Source: Squalus acanthias
Lineage: Eukaryota
Direction of reading: 5' to 3'
Length of the DNA stretch: 64,000 nt
NCBI GenBank assembly: GCA_030390025.1
Contig: CM059432.1
Location: 85,562,001-85,626,000, forward strand
How positions within the stretch are numbered: the stretch's first letter is position 1; each line of letters opens with the position of its first letter. The translations under genes and the position numbers were made by a program. The notes below the pieces were generated by a model. It had not been told where the DNA came from. It searched no databases and saw only the letters and a list, made by a program, of their open reading frames with translations. Positions 51,997 through 62,693 of the stretch are shown in pieces.

Positions 51997-53107
51997 ATGG
52001 GTGCAGTAGTATGCAGTCCACTTGGCCTACAGCATGACAGGGAGAATGAGCAGAGGCAATACAGAGCAGGTCAAGCTGCTGGCAGAGGGAGGAGGGGGAG
52101 AAGGACACTCAGCAGGAGGCCATATCTGCCCAGGGAGTTCAGGGAGCAATTCTCCTTCCTGAACCTCAGCGAGGAACACTGTGTCAGAAGTCTGCGCTTC
52201 ACCAAGGATGTCCTCACTAAAATCTGTCACCTCCTGCAGCTACAACAGCAACCTCAGAGCTGGGCGAGGACCGCTTTGCTAGTGGCTGTGAAGGTCACGG
52301 TTGCCATGAACTTTAATGCTTCGGGCTCCTTCCAGGCTGGAGCAGGAGATATTTGCAACATCTCCCAGTTTGCCGTGCACCGTGGCATAAGAGAGGTAAT
52401 TGAGTCTCTGTATTCAAAGAGAGCTGAATACATTTCCTTCTCTCTAGCCAGAGAACAGCAGGCGGAGCGAGCACGTGGCTTCGCGAAGATTGCAGGCTTC
52501 CCCATGGTGCAGGGTGCCATTGACTACACGCACGTTGCTTTGTGGGCACTGCATCTCCAGTCTGAGATGTACCGCAACCAAAAGGGATTCCACTCCCTCA
52601 GTATCCAGCTGGTGTGCGACCATACTCAGCGAACCTTACAGGTCAATGCCCCATATCTTGACAGCAGTCATAATGCCTTAGTTCTGCAGCAGTCCGCTGT
52701 CCCATCTGCATTTGAGCCACCACAACAAACCAGAGGGTGGCTACCGGGAGACAAGGGCTATCCATTAACAACATGGCTCAAGACTCCGGTGCGCAATCCA
52801 CACACAAGTGGGCAGCATTCATACAACAAAACATCATTGAGCACGCCATTGGCATGCTGAAGCAACGCTTCCCCTGCCTGGACTGTTCTGGAGGAGCCCT
52901 GCAGTACTCGGCAGAGCAGGTGTTGAGATTCGCGGTGGTCTGCTGCATGCTGCAAAACCTCGCCACTACAGCATACGGTGATCAGCTGAGGAGCAGGAGG
53001 AGGGGGAGGAAGAGGAGGAGAAGGAGGCAGAAGGAAGGAGGCAACCCAGACAGTTCCTTTCTGGCCAGGCTGTCCATGACTGACTCATCCAGCTGCGCTA
53101 CGAGTAA
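51997..53107 (+). pseudogene. HARBI1-type DDE transposase, frameshifted near 52830
   Basis: ASGSFQ, GAIDYTHV, NQKGFHSLSIQLVCD, GDKGYP, IIEHAIGMLKQRF; acidic tail. Confidence 0.92.
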
Positions 53108-53279
53108 ACGCAACCCCAATTCCACATTCACCAACAGTCCCACAGCTTACCTTCCCTCTGTCACTGACCATCACAGCGTCCACTTGAGCGCAATGCAAAG
53201 GTAAAAGCCAGCACAAAATAAACATTCCAAACCAAATTTATAAATGAAATCATGCCATATTGCATACAATCATAAACAA

Positions 53280-55115
53280 ATCACCCTTGTACATTCCCTT
53301 AGTGCCTGTCTTCCGTGTGCCTTTTTCTGTCCTAGTGCTCCTACGCAGTGCTACCCTAGTGGCTGCAGCATGGATGGTGGAAGGCTGCTGACTTTTAGTG
53401 GAGGAGACTGCAGATGGCCTTGGAGAACGACCTCGAGCAGCTCTGGGCCCAGAAGGCCCAGCTTCGGACTGCAACATCTCGGCATCACCAGCAGCAGTCC
53501 GGGTTGGCTGTCTGACAGGCAACATCAAGGGCACTAGCGGAGTGGCAGGGGTGAGAGGATGAATGCTGTCATCCTGAGAGGACAGCAGGTTCGTGCTCTA
53601 CAGAGCCCCCGGGACGGCACCTCAGCAATCCTAGTAATCTGTTGGGAGGACAGATTACTAGACCTTTGTGATACTCTGCAAGCCCCTTTGAACACTGCTA
53701 AGCACAGCCATGAATGGCAGCAGTCTGAGCTTGCATAACAGGAGTCTGAGCTTCCACTGCAGCACCCAGATGTTGGGTGGCTTCTGCTTGTGCTGCAATG
53801 GAAGCTGAGACATCGGCCATCAAACGTTGCATCCTGTTTGGGTCCGCAAGTGTGCTAATGGAGTTGGCCATCACTTCCATGCTGGAAAGGATTGGCTCCA
53901 AGCTCTGCATAAAGCCCTGTGCAAGGCTGGAGCTGGACTCCTCCATGCTCCTTGACATTGCACGCAAGCTTTCTGGCAGGCCTGCCAATGCACCAAGCAT
54001 TTCATTGCGCATACCCATCAACCTTCTTCTGCCACTTCAAAGTGCTCATCTGAGTCCTCTGCAGCAGAACTCGTGTGTGACCTTGCTTTCCAGGGAGCTG
54101 GCACCTGCGCTACCCTTGCCTCCTGTCCTGGCTGCAGGCTACTCGTGCCCGGTGTCTCACCATGTGCAGATCCCGCGTCTAAGCTATCCTCTAAAGTACA
54201 CAGAGTGTCAGTATCGGAACTGGTGGCTGCGAGTGTGAAATCGAATGATGGCGCTGAGTCTTCAACATCACTGCCTTCTTCCTCTTCCAGTTCTTGCTCT
54301 GCTACCACTGCCTGGCCAGGTTGCAGTTCTTGGGTATCTGAAAGGAGAAAAGCACAAGGGTAGGATTGCGATGAAGGGAGGGGGGAGAAAACCAAGAGGT
54401 GCATGCTTACACCATCTGCAGCTTGTAAATCAGAAGAGATTGTGTGATGAGGGGGAAGTGGGATGTGAAAAGGAGGATTAGGTATGAGGATACCGTCATC
54501 TTCGATTGTTTCTGCCCGCCGCTGACCACGGGCTCAGCGATGGTCACTCCATGCAGGCGCGCCTCTCCACCTATGGGTAGCCCCTGCTGCCTCCAGTTAT
54601 GTGCCACCTTGTCCTGCAAGAGAGAGAGATGTGTGTCAGATGTGCCTCTCCTGGTTGAATAGCTGACAGTGTGTGCAAGCTGTGAGATGTGGGTGTGAGG
54701 CTTGCAGCAGTGGTAAGTGTGTGAGGGTGAGGTGAAGCTATGAATGTTAGGTATGAGTCCTGTTTGATAGAGATTGTTGATAGGTGAGTGATGGGGGTGT
54801 GGTGAATTGATTAGTGTGTGAGGGTAGTGGTGCAGTTGGTGGGATATGACAATTGAAGATGAATTCACTGTCCTTGACCACTCGTCTGAGGTCATTGAAC
54901 TTTTTGCAGTACTGCATCCAGATCCTCGGGGCTTGACCTCTGGCATTGACTGCCACAGTTACTTGCTCCCACTGTCTTGGCAGAGTTTGTCTGGAGGGCC
55001 TCCTGGCCCCATGTGGATAGAGGACCTCTCGCCTCCTGGCCCCATGTGGATAGAGGACCTCTCGCCTCCTGTCCATCTGAGAACTTTGGAGCACGCTCTC
55101 TCCCCAGTTGCTCAC
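53280..55115 (-). pseudogene. Three-exon Harbinger Myb/SANT gene
   Basis: RERAPKFSD...RRREVLYP...QWEQVTVAVNAR...WMQYCKKFNDLRRVVK; exon 2 DKVAHN; 31-bp tandem duplication in exon 1. Confidence 0.85.
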
Positions 55116-57104
55116 TGTTCTTCCAGGTCAGACTCTCTTCCCCAGCCACTTCCAGCACCTGCTCCAGCCAGAATGCACCTCCCCTTTAAGAGGTGCAGGC
55201 TGGCTTTAAGTAGTGCAGGCTAACTTTAACTGGTACTAGCCTCGCACAAACTTGGGCTTCCTGCTGAGGTGCTCATCCACTGAACAGCGCATTTAGCGCT
55301 CCTCAACACTGCAATCATGTAAATTACCAGGCAGCACGAAGTTTGCATGCTGCCTGTATCGGACTCAACGGGCTAATCACGATCACGATCCTTGCGCTTG
55401 TTTTCGGAGACTTTCGAATTTAACTCCCCAAAACTTTTCTTATAGAGAATTGATTTTTGTTTTTACTTGGTCATTTTTAGTTATATATATTTAGTTAAAA
55501 AATCTCTCCTGCGTCATTTTTGAGGTTTAGCAATTTGTTTATATAAAAGCTCAAACTTTTTTTATTTATTAAGTGTCTGAAAATTAAATTGCTAAAATTA
55601 AGATGTCAGCTATCAATGTAGTTGGCCATTTGGCATAAGAGTAATACATTAAATGTTGGCCTGTAACGATCAAACAGCACTTGTCAGACTTGATTCTTAA
55701 AGAAAATAATTTATGACATTGATTAATTCTATTGCTTTGATGACCATTTAGACTATTTAGTAGGCTCTTGGCAACAGGAGCTGCTCTAAGCATAGGAAGC
55801 TTATCACATAGTAATAGAAGGGCTGTGTTGTTGAGAAAGTTCTAAAAGGCTTGTAAAAGGCTCGGCACAAGGCTCGGCATGGGCTCAACGGGCCGAATGG
55901 CCTCCTTCTGTGCTGTAACCATTTTATGATTCTATGATTTAAAAAACTGCTGGCTCTGACCAATTGCTCAAAGCTTGCTTTTCACTCAGTTATTTTAAAT
56001 TGTACTTAGTAAGGAGCAGGAATGATCTTCCGGGCCACACAAGGAAAGTCCAGGCAACTGTTACCCCAGTTTCCTAGCCACAAGACCCCCCGGAGCCACC
56101 CCGCTCCCCCCCGCCCCAACCATCCCCCTGACATACCAGTAGCTGCTTTTTGCCAGAAACAGCCGAGCAGCTGACCAGTGGGTTTCAAATGAGGCCCGAC
56201 AGTTCAATTCTGCCAAGCCTCTGACTCACGCTTCCATGCGGGATTGCCGTCCACTCCCGGGAGTTAAAATCCACTCTTAAGGGTTAAAGCACAAGCTGGT
56301 TACAGTGATACACCTACCTTTATCAGAGATGGTAAGGAGAAGCCAATTCAGAGTATAGTTGCTGAAATTATCCTCTTAATTAGATGTCAGATTCAGGTGA
56401 TGGCTCTGATCTGGCACCTTCCTCACTTTGAAGAAAGCATATGTATGGAAGACAAAAAAATAGTTCCCTAGGAACTAAAGCAAGTTTTTATTTTCCACTC
56501 AGTACAAAGGCACAGTGTTTTGATTTGATGACCGTATCTGTCCTTGAACTATCCTCCAACAAAAGCAGATAAATAAATAAATCACCCTTTTAAATTGCAA
56601 TTTTCCTTTGCCATATGTCATGGTTGATTAAATCACAAGGACGTTTCAGTAGAAGGAGAAATCTGAAATTTGCCTTTCAATATTGGATCATAATTTGCTG
56701 TCAAAATAACGGCAAGGCTAATAGCACTCGCAATTATTTATGCGCAAATGCTACAGCAAATTCAGGCAAGGGCAGATGCGTGGTTAAACATGGAAATCCA
56801 AAAGTTTCTGTCCGAGATGCACCACTCTGCCATTTGCTTCGCGAAAATGGCATCTCGCTGTCTGGCTCACCATTGAAATGCATTGAACGGCATGCTACAG
56901 CAGCCCCTGTGGCCCAACTAAAGGCAAGTTAATTTTCATTTAAAAAAAATACCTTTTCTTGGAGCCAGGAGCAGCAGGAGTGCTCCACCCAACTCCACAG
57001 TCCTTGTGATCGCCCGCTGCCATAGCCCGCTCCAACCTCCCATCTACAACTTTCCTGATGGCCGCTGTCAGTGTGGCAGGCGGCCCGATTTGATTTTTCT
57101 CGTG

Positions 57105-59800
57105 CAGGTCCTACAGGCAGATTTTAGTGAGCTAGGAAAGAGATTAAAAAGCAAGAACTCAAAGGTAGTAATCTCTGGATTACTCCCGGTGCCATGCACG
57201 AGTGAGTATAGAAATAGGAGGATAGAGCAGATGAATGCGTGGCTGGAGAGATGGTACAGGAGGGAGGGCTTCAGATTCCTGGATCATTGGGGCCGGTTCT
57301 GGGGAGGTGGGACCTGTTCAGGCCGGATGGGTTGCACCTCAACAGAGCCGGTATCAATATCCTCATGGGGAGGTTTGCTAGTGCTGTTGGGGAGGGTTTA
57401 AACTATGTTGGCAGGGGGATGGGCACCAGGATGCACCATTAGAAAGGAGAAACAATGGGCACAAAGGATTGGGAGAGAAGGATAGCACTAAAGTAAGAAA
57501 TAGTATTAGGTGGCGTCAGATTAATAGAGAACACAGGATGATCTAAGATAGATTTACAGTGTGTGTATGTGAATGCATGAAGCATGGTAAACAAGGTTGG
57601 TGAGCTGCAGGCGCAAATAGCCACATGGGAATACGATGTCGTGGCAATGACGGAGAACTGGCTCAAAAAAAGGCAGGATTGGGTATTAAATATTCCTGGA
57701 TATAGGGTGTTCAGGAAAGATAGGGAAGGAAAGAAAGGAGGCGGGGTGGCAGTATTGGTTAAGGAGAATGTGCTGGAGAGGGAGGATGTCCTGGAGGGGT
57801 CAAGGACAGAATCTATATGGCTAGAGTTAAGAAATAATAGAGGTGCCATTACACTACTAGGTGTATTCTATAGGCCACCAACTAGTGGGAAGAATAAGGA
57901 GGAGCAAATTTGCAGAGAAATTACAGAGAGATGCAAGAACTATATAGTGATAATGCGGGACTTTAACTATCCTAATATAGACTGGGATAGTAATAGTGTA
58001 AACAGCAGGGAGGGGGAAGAATTTCTGAAGTGTGTTCAGGAGAACTTTCTTGATCCGTACTTTACCGGCCCAACGAGGAAGGAGGCATTGCAGGATCTGG
58101 TTCTGGGGAATGAGGTAGGTCAAGTGGAGCAAGTGTCAGTAGGTGAACATTTGGGAACAGTGATCATAAGATTCAGATTAGCTATGAAAAAGAAACGGAG
58201 AAATCTAGAGTAAAAATACTTAATTGGAGGAAGGCCAATTTCAGTGGCATGAGAACAGATCTGGCCGGGGTAAATTGGAATCAAAGATTGGCAGGCAAAA
58301 TTGTAGTGGAACAATGGGCTGCCTTTAAAGAGGAAATCGTTTCGGTACAGTCGAGGTATATTCCCAGTAGGGGGAAAGGTAGGGCAACTAAAGTCAGAGC
58401 ACCCTGGATGACGAAAGAGATAGAGAGTAAGATGAAGCAGAAAAAGAGTATAACAGATGTTAGGTCGAGAATACATCTGAGAATCAGGCTAAATATAGAA
58501 AGTTCAGAGGAGAAGTGAAAAAGAAAATGAGAGGGCCAAAGAGAGGGTATGAGAATAGAATGGCAGCTTACATAAAAGGTCCTCCAAAAGTCTTCTATAG
58601 GCATATAAATAGTAAACGGGTTGTAAGAGGAGGGGTGGGGCTGATTAAGGATCAAAAAGGAGACCTACGCATGCAGGCAGAGGGTATGGCTGAGGTACTA
58701 AATGAGTACTTTGCATCTGTCTTCACCAAGGAAGAAGATACTGCCATAGACATAGTGAAGGAGGAGGTAGAGGAGATACTTGATGGGATAAAAATTGATA
58801 AAGACGAGGTACTAGAAAGGCTAGCTGTACTTAAAGTAGATAAGTCACCAGGACCAGATGGGATGCATCCTTGGACGCTGAGGGAAGTAAAGGAAGAAAT
58901 CGCGGAGGTACTGGCCATAATCTTCCAATCCTCCTTAGAAACGGGGGTGATGCCAGAGGACTGGAGAATTGCAAATGTTACACCCTTGTTCAATAAAGGT
59001 TGTAAAGATAAGCCCAGCCACTATAGACCAGCCAATTTAACTTTGGTAGTGGGGAAGCTTTTAGAAACAATATTCAGGGACAAAATTACAGTCACTTAGA
59101 CAAGTGTGGATTGATTAAGGAAAGCCAACAAAGATTTGTTAAAGGCACATCGTGTTTAACCAACTTGATCGAGTTCTTTGATGTGGTAACAGAGAGGGTT
59201 GATGAGGGCAATTCGGTTGATGTGTACGTGGATTTCCAAAAGGCGTTCGACAAAGTGCCACATAATAGCCTTGCCAGCAAAGTTGAAGCCCATGGAATAA
59301 AAGGAACAGTGGCTGCATGGATACGAATTTGGCTAAGTGACAGGAAACAGAGAGTAGCGGCGAATGGTTGTTTTTCGGACTGGAGGAAGGTGTACAGTGG
59401 TGTTCCCCAGGGGTCAGTTCTAGGACCACTGCTTTTCTTGATATATATTAATGACTTGCATGTGGGTGTACAGGGCACAATTTCAAAATTTGCAGATGAC
59501 GCATAACTTGGAAGTATAGTGAACAGTGAGGAAGAAAGTGATAGACTTCAAGAGGACATAGAGAGGCTGGTGAAATGGGCGGACACGTGGCAGATGAAAT
59601 TTAACGCAGAAAAGTGTGAAGTGATACATTTTGGTAGAAAGAATGAGGAGAGGAAATATAAACTAAAGGGTACAATCCAAAAGGGGGTGCATAAACAGAG
59701 AGACCTAGGGATATATGTGCACAAATCATTGAAGGTGACAGGGCAGGTTGAGAAAGCAGTTAAAAAAGCTTACGGGATCCTGGGCTTCATGAATAGAGGT
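57105..59800 (+). mobile_element. CR1 (ORF1 end + ORF2), interrupted by a Harbinger insertion
   Basis: KVVISGLLP, DGLHL, APE and RT motifs with frameshifts. Confidence 0.92.
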
Positions 59801-59803
59801 TTA

Positions 59804-60534
59804 GGGCTGGATTTTCAATGACCCGTGGAGTCGGGTTTGGAGGCGTGTGGGGGGTTAAAATAGCGAAAAGTGGCAGGCGGACCTGATCCAGACTCCATTC
59901 CGCCTCCACGCAATTTTGACAAAATCGGTCGCGGGGTTCCCGACTCCGTCCCGCCTCCAAGAGGCGGGAGAGGCTATTAAAGCCCTTAACAAGCCCTAAA
60001 TTGGCTCTGTAATGCCATTTTGAAGCATTTTAGGTAGTTTAACTCTTTTCCCACGTGAAGCACGCCTGATGTGAAACACGCCAGTGAAACCTGGCAGGAG
60101 CACAAGTGGATTGCTGACTCTCAGCTGCAGCTCAACCTTTAAATAGGAGATTTGATCAGCCATCAATTGCAGGTGGCAGGACTTTGTTGTCACAGGTCTG
60201 GGGGAGCTTTTAGAAGGCATAACCACAGCTCTGGAAGTTTGGAGCCTGACACCCATCTGCAGTGTGACCTCCTGGGAAACCCCTCTCGCCACCCTCATTG
60301 AACGCTTCCTCAACTGAGACATATACCAGAGGCATGGGAGCCTTTATTTCCTTTCCACCTGGGCATCCGATGAGGACGAACAACAGCCGCGGCACCAGCA
60401 GAACCATGAACAACAGCAGCACCAACAGCAGCAGCAACAGCAGGAGCGCCAAGCTGCTGCTCACCCACCTGAAGCTGCACAGGACAGAAGGGGCCAGCGC
60501 ATGGAAGGCCGTCGGCGCAGGAGATACCCCCCAA
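59804..60534 (+). mobile_element. Left end of a Harbinger element, interrupted by CR1
   Basis: TTA then gggctggattttc; transposase-like start MGAFISFP at 60333 with a CAG-rich tract. Confidence 0.65.
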
Positions 60535-60673
60535 TTTTTTGGTTTATAGTTTCTAGGGTCTCTGTGGTGTAGCGGGGACAGTTGGTAAACAAGGGCCCTA
60601 TATCATTTAATTATAGTATAATTGGTGGGATTGATTTGATATAATTTAAGTTCAATTAATTAAAGGGTAAGTC

Positions 60674-61624
60674 ATGGCAGCACAGCTCGGCGCCGTGCTA
60701 TGCTCCTCCTGCGCTATGTGGGAAATTGGGGACACTTCCTGTGTCCCTGACGACCATGTGTGCGGGATGTGTATCCAGCTGCAGCTACTGGCAGACCGCA
60801 TTGCGGCGCTGGAGCTGCGAATGGATGCATACTGGAGCATTCGCGATGCTGAGGACCTCGTGGATAGCACGTTTAACCAGTTGGTCACACCGCAGGTAAA
60901 GGCTGCACAGGCAGAAAGAGAATGGGTGACCACCAGGCAGATTAGTAGGCGCAGGCAGGTAGTGCAGGAGTCCCCTGTGGACATCCCCCTCTCAAACAGA
61001 TATACCGCTTTGGATACTGTTGAGAGGGATGGCTTATCAGGGGAAGGCAGCAGCAGCCAACTTCCTGGCACCAGGGGTGGTTCTGCTGCACAGGACGGGA
61101 GGAAAAAGAGGGGTAGAGCTATAGTGATAGGGGATTCTATTGTAAGGGGAATAGATAGGCGTTTCTGCGGCCGCAAACGAGACTCCAGGATGGTGTGTTG
61201 CCTCCCTGGTGCAAGGGTCAAGGATGTCTCAGAGCGGCTGCAAAACATTTTGGAAGGGGAGGGTGAACAGCCAGTTGTCGTGGTGCATATAGGTACCAAC
61301 GATATAGGTAAAAAATGGGATGAGGTCCGAAAAGCTGAATATAGGGAGTTAGGAGATAAATTAAAAAATAGGACCTCAAAGGTAGTAATCTCAGGATTGC
61401 TACCAGTGCCACATGCTAGTCAGAGTAGAAATAGAAGGATATTTCAGATGAATACGTGGCTAGAGGAATGGTGCAAGGGGGAGGGATTCAAATTCCTGGG
61501 ACATTGGAACCGGTTCTGGGGGAGGTGGGACCAGTACAAATCGGACGGTTTGCACCTGGGCAGGACCGGGACCGATGTCCTTGGGGGAGTGTTTGCTAGT
61601 GCTCTGGGGGAGGGTTTAAACTAA
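60674..61624 (+). CDS. CR1 ORF1p (Zn finger, coiled coil, SGNH/GDSL esterase), intact 316 aa
   Basis: CSSC..CGMC, VIGDSIVR, HIGTND, DGLHL. Confidence 0.92.
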   Translation: MAAQLGAVLCSSCAMWEIGDTSCVPDDHVCGMCIQLQLLADRIAALELRMDAYWSIRDAEDLVDSTFNQLVTPQVKAAQAEREWVTTRQISRRRQVVQESPVDIPLSNRYTALDTVERDGLSGEGSSSQLPGTRGGSAAQDGRKKRGRAIVIGDSIVRGIDRRFCGRKRDSRMVCCLPGARVKDVSERLQNILEGEGEQPVVVVHIGTNDIGKKWDEVRKAEYRELGDKLKNRTSKVVISGLLPVPHASQSRNRRIFQMNTWLEEWCKGEGFKFLGHWNRFWGRWDQYKSDGLHLGRTGTDVLGGVFASALGEGLN

Positions 61625-61811
61625 AATGGCAGGGGGTTGGGAACCTGAGCAGGGAGACAGAGGAAAGGGAAACAAGAATAGAAGCAAAAGTCAGGAAGGA
61701 AAAAAACAAAGGTGTCAGTCAGAGAAATCAAGGGTTTAAATCAAACGTGGCCACAGTAAAAAAAAATTCTAAAAGGTCTAAGAGCGTTAAAAAAACAAGC
61801 CTGAAGGCTTT

Positions 61812-62693
61812 GGGGGAGAAATTCAGTATCGCCCCATTTGGGGCGCAATTATCGGCCGGGCGCAAAGATTAGCGCCTGGCACTAATTATCGCCACTGACT
61901 GCAAACTTGACTTTTATCGCCCCTGGAGGTGATTGGAGCGCTAAATCAGGCGCTTCACACCTGTCTTAAGGCGCAAAGGCCGAGGAGCGAGGCGCTACCT
62001 CAGAGCGCTGGCGAAGCTCATGTAATGTCAGTCAGCAATGGAACACACACACAATGGCACGGGCCAGTTCTTAAAGGGGATGGTTAATCTCACTTTCCAT
62101 CCACATCCTGCTAATTGCAGCCTTGAATCTCTGCCTGGAGAGACCTGCACATCAAATCTACTGGAAAGAACAATGGAGAGTACCAGGCAAAGAGCTCAGA
62201 GTGCAGCCCCCACAGTCTCTTTTAAATCGATACAAGGAATGGCAAATCAAAATGAACCTGCAAAGTGCTGCTCAGTACCCAAAACTCCTTCACACAACGT
62301 TGAAACTCTCCAGAAGTCTCTCTCTCTCTCTCTCAGAATGCGTAGTTCAAAAATGGCACCAACAATAAAAGGCAGGAAGCGGTCACCTTTAAATAGCGCT
62401 CCCCCTTACCCTTCATGGCTGCAGAACGCTCCACTCAAACTGTAGTTGCTAGCATCAGGCGGTAAGGCAGGGGGCGCCACTCAATATCCGCTCCGGGGCG
62501 TTGCGCACTCGACTGACGTCACGATCTGCCGGCGCAGGAGATCGTGGCGGTAGTGTTTAGCGCCGCCGCAAAATGTCTCGTTAATTTCGCAAGCGGCGCA
62601 AACTTCGCCGCGCCTGGGCGCGAGATGCTTTGCGCCCCATTAGCACCCTCTTAAGGCGCTAACGGGAGGCGCAACCAACTGAATTTTTCCCCC
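61812..62693 (+). mobile_element. 882-bp Harbinger MITE, copy 2, inserted in CR1 ORF2
   Basis: TIR gggggagaaattcagt / actgaatttttccccc; TSD TTT; empty site gaaggctttgtgtctt seen in the 32910-37287 copy. Confidence 0.95.

Larger units (their letters stand above)
51460..55428. mobile_element. Near-complete two-gene Harbinger transposon, decayed
   Basis: Degenerate TIR ggctgcaaaattcg / cgaatttaactccc, TSD GAA/CAA; transposase on +, three-exon Myb gene on -. Confidence 0.88.

Noticed and set aside
51997..52860. Domesticated HARBI1 host gene
   Set aside because: Frameshifted, flanked by TIRs, paired with a Myb gene and multi-copy
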